A DNA stretch of 64,000 nucleotides from assembly GCA_015232855.1 (NCBI GenBank), contig JADFYW010000004.1:21488-85487 (forward strand), written 5' to 3'. Below, one piece after another: positions 37,180 through 46,608 of the stretch. The notes beneath the pieces were generated by a model. It saw nothing but the letters and a program-made list of their open reading frames with translations, was not told the origin of the DNA and ran no database searches. Each line of letters opens with the position of its first letter. Position 1 is the stretch's first letter. This stretch comes from Fibrobacteria bacterium. Its GTDB lineage: Bacteria > Fibrobacterota > Fibrobacteria > UBA11236 > JADFYW01. Both the position numbers and the translations under genes were made by a program.

Positions 37180-40100
37180 TTATGCTCTATCCTGTTTCAC
37201 CGATATCCCGTGTTTCTTTAAAATATGGTAAAAAGATGTCCGGTTCACTTTAGCGTGCTCTGCGCATAATGGGATATTATTGTTATAGCGTTTCAGGAGC
37301 TTAATCAGGTAATCTTTTTTCAATGATTCCAGGTAGCGATTTAAGCTGAGTTCTTCCGCTGAGGCTGGTTCTGCACAGGAGGTGTGGCATATAACTTTAA
37401 CAGGGAGGTCCACGGTAGTTGGCTCATTTTCGGTACAAAGAGAAAATACCTGATAAAGGGTTTGTTTTAATTCTTTTACATTTCCCGGCCATGAGTAATT
37501 TATCAGAGTCTTATATAAGTCATTATTTCCTTTTTTGATTTTTTTGTTATAGACCGTGTTATACTCAAGCCGGAAAAAATCAGTAAGATCAGGAATGTCT
37601 TCTTTTCGATCACAGAGACGGGGAAGGGTTAATCGTCTGGTGGCAATGCTGCAAAACAACTCTTCACTAAAATAATTATCCAATACCATATCCTCCAGAT
37701 TTCTAATGGATGAGGATATAATGCGTACATCAATATTTTGTTCTACGATAGAGCCGGTACGCTGTATTTTTTTCTTTTGCATACAATTAAGCACTCTTGC
37801 CTGGAGTTCATAATTAAGGTGATCTATTCCCTTGATATAGATGCTACCGGTATGGGCCAGCTCAAACAATCCTTTTTTTATATCATAGCTCCCATCAGGG
37901 AGTTTTCGTTCATAACCGAATAGTTCGTTTTCGAGAAGATTATCGGGAAGTGAAATACAGTTAATTGTCAAATATGGTGCATTACGACGTTTGCCCATAA
38001 AATGGAGCGTGTGGGCAAAAAGTTCTTTGCCTGTTCCCGCATCTCCATGAATATGAATATTATCGTCCTTTCTGGAGAATGTTTCCATTTGTTCTCTCAG
38101 TTCAATCATCAACTGACTCTTGCCCACGATGGTTACATGATTACCCGGCTCATGTACAGCACTACTTACCAATTGTTCACCAAAACATTCCTGCAATATG
38201 CTGCGCAATAAAGAAGTATCCAAAGGCTTTTTTAAGAAATATTGAAATCCGGCTTCTTTTGCGTTTTCTAATATACCATCCTCAAGTAACAGCCCTGTTA
38301 ATAATACTGCCTTTGATGGAGATTGAATTTTATTTAGGGCCAGCATTAATTCATTTCCATTCATCTGTTCCATATTATAATCGATAATAACCAGACGATA
38401 GGGATGTTCCGGCAGATTATCAAGCATATGCTCACCGCCAAAAAAGATGTCAGCTTTAAGTCCGATATCTTCTAAATATTCACCGATAAGTTTGGCCAGG
38501 GTACGATCGTCATCAACTACCGCAATAGAGGCGGGAATGGGTTCTTCTTCATTGACCGGTTTTGCCTGGATGGATGGTTTACTGGTACCGGTATCACTTT
38601 CTACAACCAATGCCATCTGGTTACCGATTTCCGTTAAGAGCTTTTCTGATTTTACAGGCTTGGTTAAGAAGGGGACTCCAAATTTCATTACTTCAAGTGC
38701 ATCTTGAGAAGGAGCATAGCCACTAATGAGTATTGTTTTAACATCATCGTTGATTTCCCGGAACTGAAAGAAACAATCCCGGCCGCCCATCTCCGGCATT
38801 ATCATATCAAGAACGACCACGCCTATCTGTTGGTAGTTATCTTTATAATAAGACATAGCGTCCTGGGAATTACTAAAGAGCTTATATTTATATCCGCTAT
38901 CCTCCATGGTACTATTGTACATTTTGAGCAATAATTCATCGTCATCAATTATGATAACCTCTTTATCTGCCTGAACGCCTGGTTTGATAGTAATGGTTTG
39001 ATGCTTATCTTGCTTTACTACCTCACATTCATGATAAGGCAAAAATATGTGGACCGAAGTACCATGGTTCACTTCACTTTCTATTTCAATTTTCCCTTTG
39101 TGGCTTTTGATACAACCATAAGAACTGGCCAGACCAAAACCGGTACCCTGTTCATTTTTTGTAGAGAAGAAGGGTTCAAAAATACGCTTCTTATCCTCTT
39201 CCTTAATTCCGTTGCCGGTATCTTTAACGGTTAGTTTGATATACTTACCCGCACCGAGATTGTCATCGGTGAGCCAGGTAAGGGATGTTTCTATACTCAA
39301 AGTGCCACCCTGGCTCATCGCGTGCCGTGAATTAGCCACCAGGTTGAGAATGACATTCTGTATCTGGGCCTGGTCGCATTTTAAAGTGGCTTTTTCTTTG
39401 GTGAAATGTTTAACTACAGTGATATTTTTTTCAAGGGTATGAGTAAGTAGGGCGAGGGTTTCTTCCAGAAGTTCATGGATATCTGTTTCTACAAATTTAT
39501 ACACACTCTTCCTGGCAAATGCCATTAATTTTTTAACCAGGTCGCCACCGCGTTCACAAGCCATGGTTACTATTTCCATACTTTCTTTTACTTTTTCCAG
39601 GTTGTAAGGATCACGCTCTACCTTTTCTGCAGACCCGAGTATAGCACCCAGCACATTATTGAAGTCATGGGCAATACCGCCCGCCAGGGTGCCTATTGAT
39701 TTCATCTTTTCCAGTTCAAATGCTCGCTTTTCAAAGGCTTTACGTTCAGTGATGTCAGTGAAATTTTCAATAATGCCTATAAGGTTATTTTGATGGTCTT
39801 TAAATGGAATACCCTTTAAAATGCATGTTAATTTACGGCCGTTACGAAGGCTCAGGTCGACTTCCTGATTTATCTTTTCATTACCGTTTAAAATCTGGGT
39901 GAGTGGACATTCTGATTTATTACAGAACGGTCCTTGCCAGATATCGTAACAGTTCGATCCTAAAACGTCTTCCTGTTTAAGGTCAAACAGAGAACAAAAG
40001 GTGTGATTTACCCGGAGTATCTTGAATGATTTACTGATAACACAAGAAGGTACTGCAAGATTAAACAGTTGGTGTAATTCAGATTGTGTTTGTTTAAGTG

Positions 40101-40482
40101 AGCTACTTAGTTGTTTCTGGTGGGTGATATCTATCCCGGTCAACAAGTATGTATCTGATATTTCACCGGTACCAGTACCATGGGTAAGTTTCCATTTACG
40201 CCAGTTGACGTTATGTTCCTTATCAGAAAGGGACGACTCAAATTCGGAACTGAAACCGTGTTGCTTCAAAGACGATATTCGTTTGGTAAAACTGCTCTGA
40301 TTTTCTTCAGGAAAAAGTTTGAAGACATTTTGCCTTTTACTGATTGGGGATGTGATTTCGAAGTAGTCTAAAAAGGCCTGGTTACTAAATTGGATTTGTC
40401 CGTCGTTGAAAAAACGGCAGATAGCTGTATCTACGACATCTAAAATTTCTTTATCATTTCTCATACTATGATTAAGAAGCAA
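37180..40482 (-). CDS. Hybrid sensor: PAS - PAS(Cys) - HisKA - HATPase - REC - REC - degenerate sigma-54-type AAA+ - Fis HTH
   Basis: H-box LAGGIAHDFNNVLGAILG; HATPase (DTGNGI, GTGFGL); two receivers (IIIDDDELL, AVVDDDRTL); AAA+ Walker A GDAGTGKE, with ELFGYERKLPDGSY where GAFTGA would be; C-terminal HTH AEHAKVNRTSFYHILKKHG; PAS with SNCYDIWQGPFCNKSEC. Confidence 0.8.
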   Translation of the reverse strand: MLLNHSMRNDKEILDVVDTAICRFFNDGQIQFSNQAFLDYFEITSPISKRQNVFKLFPEENQSSFTKRISSLKQHGFSSEFESSLSDKEHNVNWRKWKLTHGTGTGEISDTYLLTGIDITHQKQLSSSLKQTQSELHQLFNLAVPSCVISKSFKILRVNHTFCSLFDLKQEDVLGSNCYDIWQGPFCNKSECPLTQILNGNEKINQEVDLSLRNGRKLTCILKGIPFKDHQNNLIGIIENFTDITERKAFEKRAFELEKMKSIGTLAGGIAHDFNNVLGAILGSAEKVERDPYNLEKVKESMEIVTMACERGGDLVKKLMAFARKSVYKFVETDIHELLEETLALLTHTLEKNITVVKHFTKEKATLKCDQAQIQNVILNLVANSRHAMSQGGTLSIETSLTWLTDDNLGAGKYIKLTVKDTGNGIKEEDKKRIFEPFFSTKNEQGTGFGLASSYGCIKSHKGKIEIESEVNHGTSVHIFLPYHECEVVKQDKHQTITIKPGVQADKEVIIIDDDELLLKMYNSTMEDSGYKYKLFSNSQDAMSYYKDNYQQIGVVVLDMIMPEMGGRDCFFQFREINDDVKTILISGYAPSQDALEVMKFGVPFLTKPVKSEKLLTEIGNQMALVVESDTGTSKPSIQAKPVNEEEPIPASIAVVDDDRTLAKLIGEYLEDIGLKADIFFGGEHMLDNLPEHPYRLVIIDYNMEQMNGNELMLALNKIQSPSKAVLLTGLLLEDGILENAKEAGFQYFLKKPLDTSLLRSILQECFGEQLVSSAVHEPGNHVTIVGKSQLMIELREQMETFSRKDDNIHIHGDAGTGKELFAHTLHFMGKRRNAPYLTINCISLPDNLLENELFGYERKLPDGSYDIKKGLFELAHTGSIYIKGIDHLNYELQARVLNCMQKKKIQRTGSIVEQNIDVRIISSSIRNLEDMVLDNYFSEELFCSIATRRLTLPRLCDRKEDIPDLTDFFRLEYNTVYNKKIKKGNNDLYKTLINYSWPGNVKELKQTLYQVFSLCTENEPTTVDLPVKVICHTSCAEPASAEELSLNRYLESLKKDYLIKLLKRYNNNIPLCAEHAKVNRTSFYHILKKHGISVKQDRA

Positions 40483-40630
40483 TAGTTATGCCAGTGCTTA
40501 AATTATTGAAAAAAGATGAGTTTGCAACAGAAAATTGCATTCGTGCAATAGTTAGTGTTGTAAAAATGAAACCAAATGGTTGCGTTTAAACAAACATAGT
40601 GTACTTTCAAATAAGTCTTTTCAGGTTGTT

Positions 40631-40806
40631 CCTGATTCCGGACAAGCCCATTCGCGTCAAGCTAAGGGAAACTTCGCCCAAGCACAGTCATTCCAGCTTG
40701 TCTGGAATCCTGAACACCGTTGCTTACTACCGTTTTTTTTCAAGATTTGAAGTTTAGAAAATGTATATCAACAATGTTCCTGATTCCGAACAAGTCGGAA
40801 TGACTG
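40631..40806. repeat. Cluster of REP-family palindromic elements
   Basis: CCTGATTCCGGACAAGCC..., GTCATTCCAGCTTGTCTGGAATCCTGAACACC and CCTGATTCCGAACAAGTCGGAATGACTGG copies in both orientations. Confidence 0.7.
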
Positions 40807-40990
40807 GTTTTAAACACTTTTTTCAAAGAAGAAGCCTTAGCTTGACGCACATGGGAGCGCGAAGCCTGTCCGCCTTCCTTAGTACTGCTAAGTACGGAGG
40901 ACAGGCCCTAGAGGCACAAGCCGGAAAGACTACTTTAGGAGTATATAACATGAAAAAAAATAATCTGATAGCTCACTAGTGTGGGACAGG

Positions 40991-41902
40991 TTAAACCGTA
41001 CTATCAAGAAACAGCTCAACCTCTTCAATGTGCTCGCCTTTAAACAATGCGGTTGAGCGAATTTTTTCCATGTAATAGTCGAGCTGTTTCAGATTCCAGG
41101 TGTCTGGTGCATTAATCACAATTCCGGCCCAGTATTTCTGGCCTTTACGCTGGAGTTTTATAGAAGAGATCATGGCTTCCGGCATTTCGTCTTCAATAAG
41201 AACCTGTAGTTTATGTGCAAAATCAGGTTCCGGTTCTTTATCCAGAATGATATTAACGGGTTCTTTCCATTGGTGATAGGCGTCCCTGATAATAATAATC
41301 CCTACAATGGCTGCTGCCAGAGGGTCGAGGATCTGCCAGGCACCACCGAATTGTGATAATAGAATCCCAATAGAAACGCCACAAGAAGAGAGCATATCGG
41401 CCTTATTCTGGTATGCATTCGCTTTCATACCACCACTTTTAAGTTCTCTCCCTGCGCACAGACTGTATTTAAACATAATGTAATTCAGAAGAATAGAGAG
41501 GATCGCAACCGGGAAGGTGATAAAAGAAGGCGGATAAAACCCGCCCCTGAGTAATTGGGTGATATTGGTAACAAAAATAAAGATACCCAGCGCAAAAAGG
41601 ATGCTGTAAACGAGCAGAGAGGTAATAAATTCGGCTTTTCGATAGCCGAAAGGATGAGAAAAATCAGGGTCTTTTTTAGAAGCATGTATACTGTACAGTA
41701 TAATAAGGCCACCGACCACGCAGGAAAATGATTGCAGGCCATCTGCCATGAGACCATTACTATTAAACCACATACCCATGAGGAATTTCAAAACAGCGAG
41801 AAATAGATTTGCTGCTATACTCCAAATCATGATGCGGTTGCCGCAGCTTGGGCAACGGTGGGTACTTGCACAAACACCCGGGTTAAATAGTGTTTTAAAC
41901 AT
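40991..41902 (-). CDS. Cation diffusion facilitator (CDF) transporter, MamB-like (N-terminal CxxC motif)
   Basis: Six TM helices, HPFGYRKAEF TM2 signature, C-terminal cytoplasmic domain; N-terminal CASTHRCPSCGN as seen in MamB; last gene of a seven-gene operon. Confidence 0.6.
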   Translation of the reverse strand: MFKTLFNPGVCASTHRCPSCGNRIMIWSIAANLFLAVLKFLMGMWFNSNGLMADGLQSFSCVVGGLIILYSIHASKKDPDFSHPFGYRKAEFITSLLVYSILFALGIFIFVTNITQLLRGGFYPPSFITFPVAILSILLNYIMFKYSLCAGRELKSGGMKANAYQNKADMLSSCGVSIGILLSQFGGAWQILDPLAAAIVGIIIIRDAYHQWKEPVNIILDKEPEPDFAHKLQVLIEDEMPEAMISSIKLQRKGQKYWAGIVINAPDTWNLKQLDYYMEKIRSTALFKGEHIEEVELFLDSTV

Positions 41903-42773
41903 GACGCCCCTTAACGTTTACATAGCAGTTTGATTGGCCAGCAATGGCTCCCTGAATATTTGCAATAATTGAACGTATAATTGTTTTTGATTGCTTGACT
42001 GAGGTGGTTTCAGAGAGAGAAATAGAACTGTAAATTTCCATACTATTTTTTTGCTTAACAATTTTTAAAGCAATAAGGCGTATATCTTTGTGTGCCCTAA
42101 GAATATGAGGTTTAAGTAGAGAGCGGGAGACCGTAGGCAGGCTGGTGTCCATTAAACTCTGATATGCTTTACTCAAGCTGTAAATACTGTAGATGAGAAC
42201 ACCTAACGCCATAGCCGCGGCAGCCAGGTAATCGGTAATAAATGGACCGCTTCTGGAAATGATAATGATAAAGATGGAAGCCGCAGTGCATAAGAAATCA
42301 AAGCCGGTGATAAAGATAAGCTTTTTGTAATGTTTACTCGTATGCAGGCTCGTATGGGACTGTAAATAGTTTAGGAGAATAAAATTAATGGCCATAAAAA
42401 TAACTGCTATCCAGGCAGAAGCCATGGCAGGAGGGTATATCATATGAAAAAACATGACATGGGCAAAGGCATACAACAATGCACAGGTGGCGAGAACAAT
42501 AATAAGAGAAAGTCCCGCCAGTAGGAAAAAGGAAAGTTTATCATAGGAAAATATGGCCTTTTTATGGCTTTTCTTTTTGTGTTTTGCCTGGAACTCAATA
42601 ATGCAAAGCAGTGCGGTAAATGCACCAAATAAAGAGGGCAGTCCGGCCACCAGTAACGATTTTGCATTATAGATAGCGCCAAAAGCTACCTTAGAAATAA
42701 ACAGGCATACATAAATAATAAGCGCCTGGTAGAGAATGGCAGCAGCAGTGTTTTGGTTTGACCTTTTTGCCAT
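41895..42773 (-). CDS. Divergent CDF-family transporter paralog (MamM-like?), metal-site residues degenerate
   Basis: CDF-like TM topology plus C-terminal cytoplasmic domain, but the TM2 motif is FSYDKLSF instead of PFGY-type; 8-bp overlap with the downstream CDF gene. Confidence 0.45.
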   Translation of the reverse strand: MAKRSNQNTAAAILYQALIIYVCLFISKVAFGAIYNAKSLLVAGLPSLFGAFTALLCIIEFQAKHKKKSHKKAIFSYDKLSFFLLAGLSLIIVLATCALLYAFAHVMFFHMIYPPAMASAWIAVIFMAINFILLNYLQSHTSLHTSKHYKKLIFITGFDFLCTAASIFIIIISRSGPFITDYLAAAAMALGVLIYSIYSLSKAYQSLMDTSLPTVSRSLLKPHILRAHKDIRLIALKIVKQKNSMEIYSSISLSETTSVKQSKTIIRSIIANIQGAIAGQSNCYVNVKGRHV

Positions 42774-42774
42774 T

Positions 42775-43506
42775 TTACATACTCACGCCTGCTGGCGTTC
42801 CCATAATTGCATGACAATTAGAACAGACTCCCCGGTATTCATGTATCATTTGGGCGGTAAAAGAAATGGCAATATCAGGATGAATCTGGTGGCAACTGGC
42901 GCATACCCCCCGGTATTCGTGGGGGAGTATGGCATCCCTGAAGATAGGCGGGGCCAGGTTATTTAAATTATACGATTGTACACCGGGATGTGTGGATGCA
43001 TTCCAATGCCGGTTATTTTCGTTTGGGATAGTTGAGGGTGGGGTATAGGCTACTGCAGCACCTTGAGGAGTGGCCCCCGGGAAACAATTAGCCACACTGG
43101 GACAAGTTGCGCAACCGGGAGGAATGGTAGCCGCAACGGTTTGCCCTTGAGGAGTGGCCCCTGGGAAGCAATTAGCCACACTGGGACAAGTAACACATCC
43201 GGGAGGAATGGTAGCCGCAACGGCTTGACCTTGAGGAGTAGCTCCCGGGAAGCAATTAGCCACACTGGGACAAGTAACGCAACCGGGAGGAATAGTAGCA
43301 GCGACGGTTCTTCCCTGAAGGGGAGCTGTAATACCCGTGTTTGCTTCTACCCGTTCTTCGATAGTAAGGAATATGGCAAAAACAATAACCAGAAGTGCAA
43401 TCCCCCCGCCTATAAGTATTGGTTTTTGGTTTGTTTTGGAAATCTTAGGAAATAATTTTTGAGGAGCCTCACCTTCAAGCATATCGTCGAGTTCATTGTC
43501 TGTCAT
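42775..43506 (-). CDS. Membrane-anchored protein with three 28-aa Cys-rich tandem repeats and two magnetochrome-type c-heme motifs (MamT/MamP-like)
   Basis: N-terminal TM; 3x TVAATIPPGCVTCPSVANCFPGATPQGQ; C-terminal LPHEYRGVCASCH and MIHEYRGVCSNCH both fit the magnetochrome HxxRGxCxxCH consensus. Confidence 0.6.
   Translation of the reverse strand: MTDNELDDMLEGEAPQKLFPKISKTNQKPILIGGGIALLVIVFAIFLTIEERVEANTGITAPLQGRTVAATIPPGCVTCPSVANCFPGATPQGQAVAATIPPGCVTCPSVANCFPGATPQGQTVAATIPPGCATCPSVANCFPGATPQGAAVAYTPPSTIPNENNRHWNASTHPGVQSYNLNNLAPPIFRDAILPHEYRGVCASCHQIHPDIAISFTAQMIHEYRGVCSNCHAIMGTPAGVSM
43085..43340. repeat. Three near-identical 84-bp in-frame tandem repeats inside the magnetochrome gene
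   Basis: DNA-level repeat GCAACCGGGAGGAATGGTAGCCGCAACGG... encoding the 28-aa Cys-rich unit three times; produces spurious antisense ORFs. Confidence 0.85.
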
Positions 43507-43525
43507 TATTTCTCCTTAACGGTTT

Positions 43526-43972
43526 TTAGAATGCGCCCGGCCTCACACCGGGGACCAGGGCAGCGATAACCTGTTGTCCCTGTCTGTTTATGGTTAATCT
43601 GATTGTTTTGTTATTTGCGGTATTACTGAGATTCTTGCCGAACTGCTTTTGGCTGGTAATGCTTTTACCGTTCCATTTGCTGATGATATCCCCGTTTTTG
43701 ATGTTTGCCGCAGCAGCGGGAGATCCGATAAAGACCCTGGTCACCAGTAATCCCCGGGAAGCTGTGATGTTATATTGTTTTTTAATGGTGCGGTTAAGTT
43801 CAACAGTTTCTATTCCCAGCCATTTTCCCTGCATGCCGGGTTCGCTGTTTGTACGGTGCATCCTGGAAGCCATAAGCAAAAAGGTAAGGGATAGTAAACC
43901 TGCAATAAAGAAAAACATATTACGCTTCATCGTATCATACCGTTCTAATTGTGCTTTACGTGTTTTGTTCAT
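43526..43972 (-). CDS. Single-TM PDZ-domain protein (MamP/MamE N-terminus-like)
   Basis: N-terminal TM (FFFIAGLLSLTFLLMA), then a PDZ core GLLVTRVFIGSPAAAANIKNGDIISKWNG...IRLTINRQGQ. Confidence 0.6.
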   Translation of the reverse strand: MNKTRKAQLERYDTMKRNMFFFIAGLLSLTFLLMASRMHRTNSEPGMQGKWLGIETVELNRTIKKQYNITASRGLLVTRVFIGSPAAAANIKNGDIISKWNGKSITSQKQFGKNLSNTANNKTIRLTINRQGQQVIAALVPGVRPGAF

Positions 43973-44859
43973 GTTTCGTCAGTTTCTGGTTGTGGCAGAA
44001 CTCTGGTCTGATTTTTTTCAGGACCCACCCGCATGGACACGTTTTCACATTTCAAACATTTTAAGCAGCGTACACAGGCAGAATGATTGGGATCGTGGCT
44101 TACATTAAGCTCAACCAAACAGTCACCGACACATTTATTGCAATCTTTACAATGGCCGGTGTCTACTTGCAGCCGTACAAGACTGAAGCGATTGAAAAAC
44201 CCCATTATGGCGCCAAGAGGGCAAATAACCCTGCAGAATGGTCTTTTGGCAATAACAAATAGGCAGAGGAAGCTAAGAAGGATTACCAGTTTAATAAGAA
44301 ACATGGTCCCAATAGCGCTGGCAGAAACTGCAGGGATATTATCAACAGGCATCATAGGATTCCAGATAATCCAGGGGAGACCTGCCTGAAGAGTACCCAT
44401 AGGACAGAGTTTTGAAAACCAGGTTTCCTGCGTAAAAAAGGGTATAAGGAAAATCAGGAATAGCAAGACAAAGTATCGGAAAGACGTCAACTGATTGGGT
44501 ATGGTGATTTTAAAACTTTTGATTTTGTACATCAGGTCTTGTAAAAGACCAAAAGGACATAACCAGCCACAAGCCATGGCCCCCACTGTCATAGATATGG
44601 CAAGTAGATATCCGATAACTGTAAAAGGAATTTTATGGATGGTAACAAAATGCTGGATGGCCCCGATAGGACAGGTGAAAAATGAAGTAGGGCAGCTGTG
44701 GCAATTCAAAAAAGGTACGCAAACACTTTTAAGGGAACCCTGATAAATCTTTTTGGTTTTGAGGAAGCCCATATAGGCATTTGGAATAATAAACGAAAGC
44801 CATTGGGAAATAACGCGTGCCCGTTCTATCATGTTCAACTGTTTCAGGTCTTTCTCCAT
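43969..44859 (-). CDS. NapH/MauN-like membrane polyferredoxin (4 TM + 2x[4Fe-4S])
   Basis: Conserved CHSCPTSFFTCPIG and CGWLCPFGLLQD (NapH-type motifs), C-terminal CKDCNKCVGDC and CVRCLKCLKC clusters. Confidence 0.6.
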   Translation of the reverse strand: MEKDLKQLNMIERARVISQWLSFIIPNAYMGFLKTKKIYQGSLKSVCVPFLNCHSCPTSFFTCPIGAIQHFVTIHKIPFTVIGYLLAISMTVGAMACGWLCPFGLLQDLMYKIKSFKITIPNQLTSFRYFVLLFLIFLIPFFTQETWFSKLCPMGTLQAGLPWIIWNPMMPVDNIPAVSASAIGTMFLIKLVILLSFLCLFVIAKRPFCRVICPLGAIMGFFNRFSLVRLQVDTGHCKDCNKCVGDCLVELNVSHDPNHSACVRCLKCLKCENVSMRVGPEKNQTRVLPQPETDET

Positions 44860-45000
44860 GAGATTATTCCAGACCTATACAGGCAAGACACATTGATGCA
44901 CCGTCATCCTGGATTTCCAGAACATCGTTGTTTAAATCACCCAACAGAAGAAATAGGAAGGCAAAGAGGTAGAGGATGGTGATAAATTTCCAGTTTGAAT

Positions 45001-45333
45001 TCATAGACTTTCTATCCATTTCATAAAGTTTTTACAACGTGGGCAGCTTGGGAAGCCCGTCTGACCACAGGATTCACAAATAAATGCCCCCTGATATCCG
45101 TTCCAGTACATGCTCACATTACATTGAGTACAGCGGGGAAGAGCTTTGGTGCCACATTGGGGACAGACGCATTTGACCTTGTGGTTGATTATTTTCATCT
45201 CAATATGACCTTGTACCAACGACCGGGAAGCAAGGGAATCATATTTTGCCAGGGAGTAGGTTATATACACCGCAATAAAGGCAGTATAGATTACACCGGC
45301 AAGAATCAGAATAAACAGAGAACGGTTATTCAT
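45001..45333 (-). CDS. Small membrane protein with four CxxC pairs (zinc-ribbon-like)
   Basis: N-terminal TM; CVCPQCG, CTQC, CESCGQ, CPRC. Confidence 0.45.
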   Translation of the reverse strand: MNNRSLFILILAGVIYTAFIAVYITYSLAKYDSLASRSLVQGHIEMKIINHKVKCVCPQCGTKALPRCTQCNVSMYWNGYQGAFICESCGQTGFPSCPRCKNFMKWIESL

Positions 45334-45334
45334 C

Positions 45335-46048
45335 TTAGAATACTTTCATGCCAGAAGTAATGGTTTGTACGTTCACCGGCACTGCAACCGATACTACCTG
45401 ATGCAGGCTGTTACTGCAGTGGGGACAGGTCATACCTGAGCCCGGAGGGATTTTTGAACTGGCAATTTTGTATCCGCAGTTGTAGCAGATTGAAAATGTC
45501 CCCTGTACGATTTCCGCCACATTGGCCTGGGCGTCAAAAGATGAACAGGATATGAGTTTTTTGCTGCCGGTGATGCCGTAATGCTGGGGTACGGTCATTT
45601 TATCAACCTTTACCATGGCTTCGGGGAACGACTGTATGGTTTGCAGCACCGTTCCTTTGATATCGGTATACATCTCAACATTGGAGGACTTGAAAATACG
45701 TGCCGGTTCAAAACCAAAATTATTTCCGCAGACCGCGTCTATATTTTTTTTAACCAGCATTTCACTAACCCGTAAACCCACCGCATGGGGCTGGTCCATG
45801 AATTTATTGGCAATGATTTTATAGGTGAGATTTGAACGGTCACAAACAAGGAAATAGGGTGCTCTTCCGAAAAGATAAGCTACCGGACTATTGATATCTG
45901 CTCCGGTGGAGGCTACCGCTACAAACCGGGCGTTATTTCCAGATAAAACGACCGGATGCCTTTTTTCATAGATAAAGCGAAACAGCAAAGCCGTTACCGC
46001 TAAAAGCAGTGTAATAACAAATATATTTTGTCCCGGTAGTTTCATCAT
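45335..46048 (-). CDS. Membrane-anchored NifX/NifB-like FeMo-cofactor-family domain protein with C-terminal zinc ribbon
   Basis: N-terminal TM; VAVASTGADINSPVAYLFGRAPYFLVCD...IDAVCGNNFG (PF02579-like); C-terminal CYNCGYKI...CPHCSN; first gene of the operon. Confidence 0.5.
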   Translation of the reverse strand: MMKLPGQNIFVITLLLAVTALLFRFIYEKRHPVVLSGNNARFVAVASTGADINSPVAYLFGRAPYFLVCDRSNLTYKIIANKFMDQPHAVGLRVSEMLVKKNIDAVCGNNFGFEPARIFKSSNVEMYTDIKGTVLQTIQSFPEAMVKVDKMTVPQHYGITGSKKLISCSSFDAQANVAEIVQGTFSICYNCGYKIASSKIPPGSGMTCPHCSNSLHQVVSVAVPVNVQTITSGMKVF

Positions 46049-46608
46049 GCCATGCTAAAGCAAAGAACGTACCAGATTTTAAATAGCTGTGATTATTATA
46101 GTAATAAGGGAAATAATTAATAAGATTGCAATAATGCAATTTAAGTGCGCGGAAAAAGATTGCTAAAATGCAATTTATTTGTTTTAAGTTTGCGATTGTC
46201 TTGTGAAAAGCACATTCAAACGGTTTCTTGTCTGGTAATTGAGAAAGTTGAAAGCCCTCTGTTTGGTTAATGAGAATAATGTGTTGTGATTGCGACTATA
46301 TTGTATGGGAAGTATCGTAGTTACATGGATAGTAATAGAAAACAATTGTGTGACAAGGTTATGTACCAAAATAGCCTTGGTTTTATCTCTCTAAGAAAAA
46401 GAAAATGTTAAAAAATGTCATTTTTATATTTTTAACTGGAACCCCCAATTCCCCAATCCAGCCCCCAATTTACTGGTGGATATCGCCAGGATATTACCCT
46501 CAATTGCCTGTGAAGATGCAGGTTAGAATTGTCAATTAGTGTCGTAAAACAAAAAAAAATATAGATTTTGCTTGTATTCATTACGATTAGTTGGGATAAT
46601 ACATTTGA

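Noticed and set aside
40761-40979. 72-aa ORF in the intergenic region downstream of the CDF gene
   Set aside because: Lies within the REP-element cluster (CCTGATTCCGAACAAGTCGGAATGAC); repeat-derived, no RBS.
43050-43455. ORFs 43063-43455 (+) and 43050-43265 (-) with Ser/Gly/Arg-rich repeats
   Set aside because: Antisense or alternative-frame read-through of the 84-bp x3 repeat inside the magnetochrome gene; the minus-strand 243-aa ORF has the coherent domain structure.
46125-46185. Sigma-54 promoter for the magnetosome-like operon (TTGCA-N4-TGCAA palindromes upstream of 46048)
   Set aside because: On the correct strand the best match reads GCGCAC-N5-TTGCA, lacking the essential GG of the -24 element. 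The TTGCAATAATGCAA / TTGCTAAAATGCAA direct repeats are more likely a regulator binding site. Left as unassigned.
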